DNA from: Squalus acanthias
Taxonomy: Eukaryota
Direction: 5' to 3'
NCBI GenBank assembly: GCA_030390025.1
Contig: CM059431.1
Location: forward strand, 117,616,001-117,680,000
DNA length: 64,000 bases
Positions 49,385 through 61,295 of this stretch are shown here, piece after piece. Each line of letters begins with the position of its first letter. Position 1 is the first letter of the stretch. The notes beneath the pieces are model-generated. The model searched no databases and was not told where the DNA came from. It worked only from the letters and a program-made list of their open reading frames with translations. The translations under genes were made by a program, and so were the position numbers.

Positions 49385-51099
49385 ATTATCTATCAGAAGT
49401 TTTGGTTAACCAATATGAATGCTCTTCAGAATGAAAGAGCTCAGTCCCCCTCATTAGATACCTGAAGGTACAAGGTCCTAATAATATCACTTCCAAGTCA
49501 GCACCAATAGGTGAAGCATTGAAAAAGCCTAGAGAGAAATATTCTTTGGAACATCGCCCTTTGTCTGGAGATATCCAACCTATCATATTGCCAGTGAAAG
49601 TAACCACTGCCTTATGTATTTTTAATTTAAAACTCTGATTATAATCATGTAATACTGTATTTTGAAGTCCTAGTTGTCCTCTATTTTTGTCTTTGAATTT
49701 TAAGCATGTAATCTTTTTCCTCACAGAAATCTCCTAATATTTTTGAATTAATACAATTGAAGTTCCACCAACAGCATCGGAAATATATAATTCAATCAAC
49801 GTTTGATGCTTGTCTTGATTTGTGGTAACCCTGCTCTGAAAGAAGGCTTCATCTTGCTAGATCTGCCTTAATGTTTGCCATCATTCAAGACAAATTGACA
49901 TCCATTAATTTATGAGGACCCAGGACTACAAATTCCTAAACAAATCATTCTTTGAGAGAAAATTGAAAGTTATATATTTTTCAAACAGTACTGAGGCAAT
50001 GCTCATTTAACTGCAATGCCCGTAGCTTATTCCAATTCACCATATAAGGTTGATATTTTGCCAAAATCCCAAATTAATTCGAGTATCCATGTGTTTGTGG
50101 AACAAAACCACAAATCATGATGAAGCTACCAATTACAGTCTCCTTATATAGATATTTTATATTCTTTTTTCCCTCATGTCCCTCCCTGGATGTGAGATTG
50201 ACTTAATGACTGAAACCGGATTCCAATATGACTTTAACCAAGATCAGGGATAATGGACTACCTTCATTGGTTCCCTTATCCAGTTTGAAGGAATTGGCTG
50301 TTACATTGCTCAACAAAATTGATGCTGGACAGTTCTGAGCCATTGAATGAGGCAGGGTTCAGCATAAAACTTCTGGAGTATAGACAATCTACCCTGTCAC
50401 AGGCTTTCTCTGTGGTCGTTTAAAAGACTAAATACAGGGCGGTTTTCTGGTTGTGTAATGAATTGACTAAATTGGGTAAGTTATCTTAACGTGAAAAATG
50501 GTGCCTTTCTTTTACAAAACAAACCTGGCCCTCCTTCTTCAGTATCCTATGGGATCTTTAACTTTCTTTCTTAATTCCAATATTGGAGTTTGGTTTAAGA
50601 TATCAACACTTCTGATTTTGTGATCGTTTTTAACAAAGTTGTAAAGGCAACTCTCAACATTTTTTTCCCAAACAGGGCAGAAATATCATGAAGAGTTCCA
50701 AAGTATAACCATCTATACGAGGTGCCATCCCTGTATTTGCATTAACACTTTCTCACTTTACTGCATTTACACTTGCTCCAATTGCCCTTTCTTCACCTTG
50801 GTGACAAGGACATAGACACACAAGAACGCATGGGATAAGGAAAGCTCATTCAGCCCATCAAGCCTGCTCTTTTGCAGCCCAAACATAATCTACATTATAT
50901 TGGACTCTACCACACATTTATTCTCTTAAGGAATAAGCCCCATATTTTAATAACAGACCTGATTAAGGAGCTTTACCAAAGGTTGGGCTGCCCTGAATGG
51001 AGCAGGCCTTGGGGCCTTGAGCCTGTTCCACTCAGGTTTTCGGTAGATGGCCTAATCGATTCTCATGGCCATGGTGTCCCAAGGACTATTTAATCATAA

Positions 51100-51216
51100 A
51101 GAAAAAGAAAGAACTTGCATTTATATAGTGGCTTTCATGACCTCAGGATCTCTCAAAGCACTTTTCAGCCAATGAAGTACTTTGTAACGTAGGAATCACG
51201 GCAGCCAATTTGCGCA
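51100..51216 (-). mobile_element. Deu-SINE/partner LINE 3' tail fragment
   Basis: Reverse complement of 41010-41138. Confidence 0.72.
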
Positions 51217-51452
51217 TCTGATCATTTCTATATCCTTCCAACCTGTTCCTTGTAATATATTTACCTAACCATAGACCCACTATTTTGTGAGAAAAATAAT
51301 CTCTTATTCTCCAGTCAATGTATCCTACAAACTTAAAATGCCAATGCAACTAACTCACTAAAAAGTGCAGACCTCATCACTTTTGCAGCACCCTATGGGA
51401 TAACTAGTAAACACTAGCGCTCCCAATACAGAACATTGTCCAATGAGACCAT

Positions 51453-53802
51453 GGGCTGAACTTTGCCAGCGCTCAGAGGGCGGGTTCAGAGGCGGGTCAG
51501 CTGTTAAAATAGCAAAGATTGACAGCGGGTAGGGAGCCCGCTGTCAACCCGCCTCCACGCGAGTCTCCCAGGTGTCGTGTCTGTCGGTGCTGAACAAACC
51601 CGACACCAAGTGGCAGGGGAGACAATACACATCATTAAATAAATCCATTTAACTGTTATTTTAAGCCTACATTTCAATTTTACGTGCTCCCCCATGGGTT
51701 ACCCGCTGCTTGGGGAACACGTCAGCTCAGTATGTCGTGTGTGGATTCAGCATTGAATTATCTCAGGACCTGACAGCTGCCAAAGTTATGTAAAAGATCC
51801 CATGTTACAGCTGTTCACTTTCAAAGCTCAGAAACTGTTGGTTACTGCATTTGGAAGACATATTGAGCTTTCTGCCAACTCTCTATCCAGTGCCACCTCA
51901 TTGGAACAACCTCTCTCACCGTTGACCGATCGCTTCTGTCATCTCAACCTCACATAGATACATAGATACATAGAAGATAGGAGCAGGAGTAGGCCATCCG
52001 GCCCTTCGAGCCTGCTCCGCCATTTAATGAGATCATGGCTGATCCTTCAATTCAGTATCCCGTCCCCGCCTTCTCTCCGTAACCCTTAACCCCTTTTGCC
52101 TGTAGAAATATATCTAATTCCCTCTTAAATATATTTAATGAGCTGGCGTACACTGCCCTCTGTGGCAATGAGTTCCACAGGTTCACCACTCTCTGAGTGA
52201 AGAAATTCCCCCTCATTTCTGTCCTAAATGGTTTAGCCCTTATCCTTAAATTATGTCCTCTCGTTCTGTTCTCACCCGCCAAGGGAAACATTCCTTCTGC
52301 ATCTAATCTGTCTAGACCTGTCAGAATTTTATACACTTCTATGAGGTCCCCTCTCAATCTTCTAAACTCCAGTGTGTACATCCCTAAACTACATAGTCTC
52401 TCCTCATAGGTCAATCCCGCCATTCCTGGTATCAGCCTGGTGAATCGCCGCTGCACCCCCTCCATGGCAAGAACATCTTTCCTCAGATGAGGCGACCAAA
52501 ACTGTACACCTGCCATCTATTCCATCAGCATCATTGCCCTTGAAAATATCTCACCTTGGTCCTCAGAATCCCACCAAGATCAGCCCCAACACCAGCATCA
52601 CCAGGCACACCAGCAGAAACAATAACAACACCAGCCTTCTCTGCAATCAACTGATGCTGCACAGGACACAGGGCATCAGCACCCGACTACCTTGCTGTCT
52701 GGGATGCCAGGGATGGCCTCACCAGTGCCAGATTTACTTCACTTGACGCTGTACACCCTGCCTGCCACATGATGCGCTAGGTTGGCACCACCCCACACCA
52801 ACACCATAAAGCATCCCTGCAATGCCCAAGCTATTCCTTTCACACTCATCACCATTGAGGGGAGGAGCGGGGGCGGGGGGAAAGGGGGGGGGGGGTTGGT
52901 ACCCTTGTGTCTCACCATTCACTACAACTCGCTAAGCAACTTCCAGAGGTGCACACAAATCTGTCCAAGAACGCAAAGTGTTGAAAATAAAGGTTTCAAA
53001 GTTTGACACCACATTACCAGAAACTTCACATGAACATTGGCTAAACCACCCAAGTGCCTACCCTTGTGTTGTTAGTTGGTATGCTTGAAGTAGGATGAAG
53101 GTGAGTGTGAGGGGTGGCTAGTGAGAGGGGGAAGTGATAATGCAGATAGAAAGGGATGGGTAGAGGTGCAAGGTAAGTTGGTGTGAGTAAAGATGTGCAG
53201 GAGTAGGGTAGGGAAGGCAGAGTGATGGGGATGTGATGAGCGGCACAGCTGGATGAGGTTGAGTGTGGCTTTGCAGTAACATTTTGTGATCTATTGAGAT
53301 CATTGAAAGGTTTGTGCCACTGCAGCCTGGTCGTCCTGATGACATCCCTACTTGTGTCCTCCTGTGCAATGTGCAACCAGGCTGCGTGGATCTCCTGGGA
53401 AGGTCTTTTCCGCCCATGGGAAGGGAAAAGAACCTCCCTGCGTGCTGTGACTCCCTCCATAAGCATATGGAGGGAGTAATGGGAGAGCCTGGGTGCAGCC
53501 GTGCACCTCTGTGCAGTGCTTGTCAGTGTTTGCAACACCTCAATACTGTAGAACACTGACAACAGAACTGTCAAAATCAATTTGGACATGGCCCCTTTAA
53601 GGAAACCGGCTGGTGACTCATCGTCAAATGACATCATCAGACCTGCTACCTTTTAATTGGCCGGGAACCTTGCAGGGCGGGTTTAACTAGCCCCATCAAC
53701 GGAAAATCACTTGGAGAGTGCGGGCTGCAGTAGGCAGCAGGCTGGGACCGCGACACCGACCCCGGCCGCCCAGGACCTACCTCGGTCGGCGACATCGCGG
53801 CC
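51453..53802. mobile_element. Harbinger family I deletion derivative, sister of 34544-36292
   Basis: Collinear with 34544-36292, right end GACATCGCGGCC, flanks CAT/CAC, Myb exon 1 (-) at ~53280-53530. Confidence 0.85.
51952..52510 (-). mobile_element. 5'-truncated CR1 LINE inserted in the Harbinger derivative
   Basis: Open ORF2 C-terminus (52052-52516) and (TATCTATG)n tail. Confidence 0.92.
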
Positions 53803-54120
53803 CACATATCGGGAATCAGAACACTAATATAGAGTGCCCAATTAGTTCTAATGGTATGTATCATATATACTGACCTCCACATTTGAATTTGTAATATGTC
53901 CTCCTGTTGTGCGAAGTTCTGCCCCAGGTGCATTAAAGATTAAAATCTACTAATGTGTACTAATCAGACTTTTCCTATAATCACCCTTTTATCCTTTATT
54001 TTACTTGTGTTTTTGTTCTATTATTCCCGTAATTACATGTGAGAATGCACTCAGAGAATTTAAAGGAACAACTTACCTATACTAATACTTTTATTTTTTG
54101 TCATTTCTGTGTAATCAAAG

Positions 54121-54924
54121 GGCGTGAAATTTGATTACGCCCTGTATGTGGGCGGTAACCGAATTAGCGCCGGAGATTTAGCACCCGTCGTGGAAGTACA
54201 ACCCGGCCACTAAACTCAGCTTACCGCCCCGGAGAGGAAGTGAAGCGCTATCTCGGGTACTCCACTTCTTCTTGGGGCGGTGTTGGGGCCGCACTGGAGC
54301 GCTACGCCACCGATTCGCGCTGCGCTGACGCGTTTCAGCACCCCTCCCCTTCTGTTAAAGGAGGGGGATGCTGCGAGCTCTGCAGCGCCTCTGATGGCCC
54401 ACACTAGCCCACCAGGGCGGCCTGGTGCCATGGCTGTAGCGCGGCACCGAGACACGGTGTCGGGCTGCGCGATGGTGGCCACGGACCAGGCCCATGGCCG
54501 CCACGGAGGGCTGACCTGGAGGTCGGCTAAAGGATGAAAATGGCGGCGCGGGTCGCAGCCGCACCTCACCTTTAAATACCACCCCGCCAGCGGAGTGTGG
54601 TCCGGTTCGCGACCCGCGAGGTTGGCCCTGACATCGCCCACAGCAGCCTCGCGGGGCACAGCTGAATTTCTGCCGTGGGGCGGTAAGGGGCCACAGTGGG
54701 GCGCTAAGGGGTTGCGTTGCACGCTGATAGCATTATTACCGGTGGCGCCGGAGCCCGGGGCGCTATCGGTGGGGCGCAGTGTTATCAGGTAGCACCTCAG
54801 CAACGCCCCGCTGAATTTCTCAGGAGGTGCTATTCCCCCCACCTCGGGCGATAAGCCCTTTGCGCCCTGCTAGTGATCCCCGGAGGCGTTAACGGCAGGC
54901 GCAAAGGAGCCGAATTTCGCGGCC
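54121..54924. mobile_element. GC-rich Harbinger family II MITE (804 bp)
   Basis: Ends GGCGTGAAATTTG / CGAATTTCGCGGCC, AAG TSD, TTAGCGCC motifs. Confidence 0.82.
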
Positions 54925-56704
54925 AAGATGTTTCTTAGTTCTGATTATACTATATTTACAGTTGTTTCCTGTCATGTTGCTTCTTTACTTATACTTTGAT
55001 TCAACTTGCTGGTACTTTTTCTTCTCCAAACCTCTTCTTGATCTTCTATGTTGTTTCTTTTCTTTATTTCCATTATTTAGCTGGCTTTCTTTGTCATCTT
55101 GCTCTTATGTTTCAGCCTCTTCTGTTGCTTATCTCACTCCTTCCTCCCTTTCAGTCTTCACCTTTATTTTTTTCCTTACTCTCTGAGTAAAATACATGGG
55201 TGGTAGAATGTCTGCAGGGGTTCTCCTGATCTTTCACCGGATCATAAACAGATGTTCAGTGGGAAATCCTCTGATTTTCTGCCAAAGTTAAGATGGCAGA
55301 TCGGGAGAATACCCTTGGAAATTCTACCCCATGGATTTTTAGGATTGAGAAGAGGCAATAAGACTCTGCCAGCCTATCCCTTTTTTATTGATCTCAACCC
55401 TACCCAGCTGTCTTTTCCACCCATTTATACTGTTGACTTCAATGGCCTTCCTTTGATAACTGGTCCCACAACTCCTTTATGCTTTGGATAAAAACATGCC
55501 CCCTAAACTCGCTTCCTATTCCTAACTTCCTAAACTTTAATTGATATCCCCATGGTATTTGAACTCTTTGCCATAATGAACAATTTGCTTGGACAATATC
55601 ATCAATCCCAGGTCAATAATGGCACCTCCAAGTCTGTTCTTTTCCAAAGAGAACAAGTCCCAAGTCCTTTCTTGGATTTTGACCTCCAGGATTGGAAACA
55701 AATGCACCTGTTATGCAACCAAAAAACCACTGAGAATATAAGAGATATATTTAATCCAGGAGCATTGGCTGCCTTTCTTATCTTCCATGGACAATGGAAA
55801 ATATGCGGCTTGGAAGATCTCAGGAATTCTTTGCCTCTACCAATTTTGCCTTTTTGTGGTAAATCCTAAACAATTTAACTTGATATCCATAATATTACAT
55901 ATGTATATAGATATATTGACATTAGCCTATAAATTACTGTTTGCCATATAAACACACTAATACTTAACATTTTTAGATGACATTCCTCTGCCTGCTACTT
56001 TAAAGGTGGTTTTGAGCCATTTATTTTAAATGAGCTAATACCTTAGATAAAAATTGTGGATATAGGAAAGTCATAAAATATGTTAAGTAGTCATATGCTA
56101 ATATCTGGAACAATACGTTCTAGGCAATAAAAACAGGTGGCAATAAATTTGAAGAATGCTGGCACTAATACAGAGCAGAAAATATTTAGTTCAATGAGCA
56201 AACAAATAACATAAAAACAAAAATCAGGGCTTGATGAATAAAAGACTTTTTCAATTTGAAAGCCAATTCCTATCTTCATTCTCTCCTTGCTCTCCCAGGA
56301 GAGAGGAAGAGAAGAAATATCTCAAAACTAGAAATTTGGAAGGAGCTGCTAAAGTGTTGTCATTCAAGTCAATCTGCAGTCTAAATTATGACTTTTCCTA
56401 GCCAGCTACCAAATGATTACATCAATTGATCCTACCCAAAGCTCTGGAATCTTCACGCACCCATCACCGAAGATGGAAAATCTTATCAGATCTGTTCCAA
56501 GTGAAATTATACAGTGGCATTGATTTTTAAACTTTGGGCTGGTGGAGGCACTCACTGGCCTGGATTTCAGCCCTAGGGGATTTTAACTACCAGGCTTCAT
56601 TTAAATTTTGACTGGCGGGTTTCCATTGGTGGAAAAGAGAACTCCCCTTCTCGCCCTGACCTCTTCTATCTGAACCACCAGGGAGGCTTCAGAGAACTTG
56701 AGTT

Positions 56705-57130
56705 AACAACAGAAAATGCTGGAAACACTCAGCAGACCATGGAGAGAGAAACAGAGTTAACGTTTCAGGTCTGTGACCCTTCGTCAGAACTGGTAAAAGT
56801 TGGAGATGTAACAGGTTTTAAGCAGGTGCAGAGGCAGGGAAAGGGGGTGGGGTGGGGAGGAAGGAACTAAAGGCACAGTCTGTGCTAGGATTGAACTCAG
56901 GAGAGATAAAATGCTGCAAATGGGGATGGCTGAATCAACAACAGCTGCCGCCTGAAAAAATGGGGGGTTTATAGTCTGAAATTGTTGAACTCAATGTTGA
57001 GTCCAGAAGGCTGTAAAGTGTCTAATCGAAAGATGAGGTGCTGTTCCTCGAGCTTATGTTGAGCTTCATTGGAACAGTGTAAGAGGCCGAGGACAGAGAG
57101 GTCAGAGTGGGAGTGGAGGGGAGAATTAAA
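56705..57130 (-). mobile_element. Penelope-like retroelement 3' end (GIY-YIG C-terminus + 3' UTR)
   Basis: 57130-56969 translates without stops to FNSPLHSHSDLSVLGLLHCSNEAQHKLEEQHLIFRLDTLQPSGLNIEFNNFRL*, the typical end of a PLE GIY-YIG endonuclease. Confidence 0.85.
56755..56791 (-). ncRNA. Minimal hammerhead ribozyme (PLE type)
   Basis: Minus strand reads AGUU CUGACGA AGGGUC ACA GACCU GAAA CGUU AACU: intact CUGAnGA and GAAA core, stem I AGUU/AACU, stem II, palindromic ACGU in place of stem III. Confidence 0.8.
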
Positions 57131-57305
57131 GAGAATTTGAGGGCCTGTTTCCGATTCACCTTGCAGTTTGCAGCACTAATGGACACCAATGTCAGTAAAG
57201 TGAATCCAACCTCACATTAAGAGGTGCATTTCCACTTTAAATAGACCTCTGAAGACCCACTGGAAATTACGCGGCAGGAGCAGGAATTCCGGCCACTTTC
57301 AGACA

Positions 57306-57856
57306 CTTGGAGTACTGTGTACATTTTTGGTCTCCTTACCTAAGAAAGGATATACTTGCCTTGGAGAGGATGCAACAGCAGTTCACTAAGTTGATTTGTG
57401 GGATGAGAAGGTTGTCCTATGAGGAGAGATTGAGTAGAAAGGCTAATATTCTCTGGAATTTAGAAGAATGGGAAGAGATCTCATTGAAATGTAATTTTTT
57501 TTTAGAGGGCTTGACAGGGTAGATGCTGAGAGGCTGCTTCCCCAGGAGGATGTAGAATTAGGGGTCATAGTCTCAGGATAAGGGGTCGGCCATTTAGGAC
57601 TGAGATGAGGAGAAATTTCTTCACTCAGAGGGTTGTGAATCTTTGGAATTCTCTACCCCAGAGAGTTGTGGATGCTTAGTCATTGAGCATATTCAAGACT
57701 GAGATTGATAGAATTTTTTGACAGTAAGGGGATCAAGGGGTATGAGGATAGGGCGGGAAAGTGGAGTTGAAGTAAAAGATCAGCCATGATCGTATTGAAT
57801 TGCAGAGCAGGCTGTATGGCCTACTTCTGCTCTTATTTCTTATGTTCTTATGTTCT
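57306..57856 (+). mobile_element. 5'-truncated CR1 LINE
   Basis: LEYCVHFWSPYLRKDIL and (TTCTTATG)n tail. Confidence 0.9.
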
Positions 57857-57939
57857 TGACAACATCAAGCTACATTATGAAGCCTGTCAATGTCAGGCTA
57901 ACTCTTGTCTCTTTTCTCTTACCTCTTGGTCCTTCTCAA

Positions 57940-58790
57940 CAGCAAGACCCTGCAGAGAAATACACCTCAGAGGAGGACAGCCCTTCTGAGGAGTCTTTGT
58001 CTTGTGCTCCATCCCTTGCAAGCACCAACACAGAGAATTGGCACCCCAGGTGGGTTAGACATTGAGTTACAGGGTCTGCCTGTGGTGACACACCCAGTAT
58101 GAGTGAGCAGCAGCAGGCACTGTTGGTAGGTACAACGCAACAGATGGCTCACTAGAGGGCTTGATCCTCTCCCAGCTCTGCTGAGGAGGACAGAGGTGCA
58201 GACGTCAGGAGCTTAGCTATGAAAAAATAACTGCTTGCCTCACACAAGTTATACAAGGTATTGGAAGGCCTGCCAAGAAGTTTCAGCAGCATGATTGAAG
58301 GTGTGATGGAGTCCACTTTCAGCTTGTGCGATGTCATCTTGCATGGCATCACCACTCTACTGTCTACTTTGGAGCACATAGCCAGGGTCGCTTCATCTGG
58401 GCCCTCACAACAGGAGTCTATGTTACCAGCCTTTGCAGCTTTGGTGGAAGTTCAAACGGCTGCCATCCAGACTCTGGACCAAATAAATAGAGGCTTTCAA
58501 AGCATCACTTATCTCCTGCAGTCTACCCCATGGGAGTGGCAGCAGGACCATGGGAGCAGTATGTATTGTCCTCTCTCAGGATGTAGGCATGTCTGGTCCC
58601 CGCCACCCCTCAACCAAAGCCCACCACGGTGCCAGAAACCCCACTGGGTCAGACTGGCTTGGCAGTAGCCAAAGCCCAGCAGGCTGCAGCCTGGCGCTTA
58701 CAGGGTCGAGCTCCCAGAGGTTGTCAGTCACGAGCATCTCTAGGGTCTGAACATGAGCAACTTTGCTGAAGCCTCTAGGGGAGCACATCT
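57940..58790 (+). pseudogene. Old remnant of Harbinger Myb-gene exon 3
   Basis: TSEEDSPSEE...LASTNTE, EGLPRSFSSM..VMEST, VQTAAIQ and VLSQD resemble exon 3 of other copies. Confidence 0.55.
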
Positions 58791-59355
58791 TGCAGTAGAG
58801 TTAATAAACCTTCTTTCAAGGAAGGTAACATGAGTTGACACATGAGTCAGAGATGAATTGAAGGCAATTATTGCGTTCGACATTAAATTAGTTACCTTTA
58901 TCACAATTAGGCGCTTTGGTCTGCCGTATCTTTTCACAGCAGCTTCTGAGTCTGCATTGTCAGTGTGTCATTCATATAATAGTTGGCTGAATGGTTTCAG
59001 TGGTCTTGAATACAGCTTTAAGAGAGTGGTGAAAGGGATAACAAGGACTGTTAATGCAGAGGGGCTTTGTGTTACTTTTCAGGCGAGGGGAATGAGCGGG
59101 TCACTGAAAGCACTGTTCCATCAACTGATCCCTGACCTCTCCGGTCGATAAGGTGGTGGAGTAGCGCACACACCCGTTACATTGAACTCAATGAAAATGA
59201 AAATCAGGCAGATTTCTACAATGGACGTGCAATCTGTTTTGCCAGTTTACTCTCCAAGCAATGAAGGTGAAAATTGGCTAATTAATTACATGATAGTTGC
59301 ATGATCAGAGAAAACTAAATGCCCCATCAGATTGGGGCAAAATGAAGACATATCG

Positions 59356-60060
59356 GCCTAGAAATCTAATGGTGCAGCACCCGTTTTACAAGCACAAAAC
59401 GGGCACCCAAGCATCCAATAGGGAGGATGGAGCACATGTGCCCATTACACCTAGAAGTGTGCTGCTTGCCATATTGCTGAAGGCAGAAAAATAGGCGGCC
59501 AGGGCCCTATGCAAATAGGCGGTCTGAAGCCTGCTTGAGATCGCCGATGCAAAATTGGGCTGCCCTAAACACAGCCAGCGCTGAGCCGACTGCGTTCAGG
59601 AAAATGTGGCCTACATGCAGCCTAACTGGTGGTCCTTAAAGGGACTGCTGGGAGCCTCCACCAAAAAGGTAAGTTTTTAAAAAATACTTTCCTGAATGTG
59701 AAGCTGGTAGACGCAGAAGTGCCCCTCTCAACTCAATTGCAGTGCTGAAGACCATTGCTGCCCCCACTTGGTTCCCTCCCTCTAGAAAACTTCCACCCCC
59801 CAGAGCTCAGTTGCCCCCCCCCGCCGCCCCCCCCCCCCCAATCGCTTCTCCCCCTCACCCCCATCTACCGGCGATACAGCGGTCTGAAATTGAAATTGTC
59901 TTTGTCGGCGAGATCACTGGAGTCGCCAATCAGGTGTCTTGTTTAAATGAATCCCGAGGCCCAATGTCAGGTGAGCCTCGGGGCTACCTGTCCCAGCTCA
60001 GGGATCGGCCTACTGGTACAAACCGGCTTCGAGGCCATCTAGCTTGCACCTGCATAGTAT
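59356..60060. mobile_element. Probable Harbinger-type MITE (one end recognised)
   Basis: Starts GGCCTAGAAAT, with TTAAAGGG and AAGGTAAGT motifs as in other MITEs; right TIR uncertain. Confidence 0.4.
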
Positions 60061-60080
60061 ACTGAGACCAGTGACTAACA

Positions 60081-60510
60081 CGGTGGCATAGTGGTTAGCA
60101 CTGGTGCCTCACAGCGGCAGAGACCCGGGTTCGAATCTGACCTCGGGTGACTGTCTGTGTGGAGTTTGCACATTCTCCCCGTGTCTGCGTGGGTTTCCTC
60201 CGGGTGCTCCGGTTTCCTCCCACAGTCCAAAAATGTGTGGGTTAGGTTGATTTGGCTATGATAAATTGACCCTTAGTGTTAGGGGGGATTAAATATGTGG
60301 GGTTATGGGGATAGGATGGGATATGTTAGGGGGAATTAAATACGTGGGGTTACGGGGGTGGGGTGGGATGTGTGTACTGTGGGGATTAAAGCAAGGACAG
60401 GGTACTGGATTTGGATGATCAGCCATGATCGTATTGAATGGCGGAGCAGGCTCGACGGGCCGAATGGCCTACTCCTGCTCCTAGATTCTATGTTTCTATG
60501 TTTCTATGTT
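60081..60510 (+). mobile_element. V-SINE (HE1-like) with CR1-derived 3' tail
   Basis: A box TGGCATAGTGG, B box GGTTCGAATCT, V core TGTGTGGAGTTTGCACATTCTCCCCGTGTCTGCGTGGGTTTCCTCCGGGTGCTCCGGTTTCCTCCCACA, CR1 3' UTR and (TTTCTATG)n tail, TAACA on both flanks. Confidence 0.92.
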
Positions 60511-61295
60511 TAACAGATCATATAGAGAATTGTAGAGATAAAGCCTTATCTTCCCCTCTCTGGAGCAGCATATTGGAGTTGCAATGTGGTGCTCCATTGT
60601 ACCATTCATGTTAAAAAGGGTATGAATACCAACTTTGATGAGATCAGTGCCCCAATATTTACGGGGAGGAGGGGAGGGGCAGGGGAGGCCAAAAATGGCT
60701 GAATAACCCTACAAGGCTGGGGACGCGAGGCTTGTTATTAGACCCTTAACGGCAAGACCTCATTATCATTGTTTTATTCTGTTCCCACCCAGCAGCCGGC
60801 CAAATGGCCAGCCGGACTGACGCCCGGAAGAGAAAGCCAGTGGCAGGAGGCCGCAGCTAGGGACCCTTGGGGACAGTCCCCGGCAATCGGGAGGAGGGTG
60901 CGTTTGGCAATTGCAGCAAGGTGGAGAGAGAGGCCATCGGGGCTGGGGGTGGAGGGCCATCGGCAAACGCGGTGAGGGAATGGGCGAGGCCGCGATCGGC
61001 CGGTGGGGGGAGGCCAAAAGGTTCCTTGAGGGGCTGGTGGAAGATCTCCAGCTCCCCCGGCTCACAAGGAGTGCTGGGAAAGACCTTGTGGAGCCGACAG
61101 CTCCCGCCTCCCTTTCACTGCCGAGTTTCCCGACCTCTGGGAAACCTGTGCAGCAACAGTAAATTTTAAATCAGGCTCCCAATTACACTGTGGGAACCCG
61201 ATTTAAATATGTTAATGAAGTGTCCCGTCTCACCTTGGCGGGACTCTCAGACGCCATGATATCTGCCGTGGTAAAAACGGTGCATGCACAGCATG

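Noticed and set aside
53870..53950. Minus-strand exon ending GAG|GTCAGT
   Set aside because: No polypyrimidine acceptor and no recognisable peptide.
54121..54924. CpG-island promoter or 208-aa gene
   Set aside because: Bounded by TIRs and an AAG TSD; the long ORFs are expected in GC-rich sequence and show no recognisable domain.
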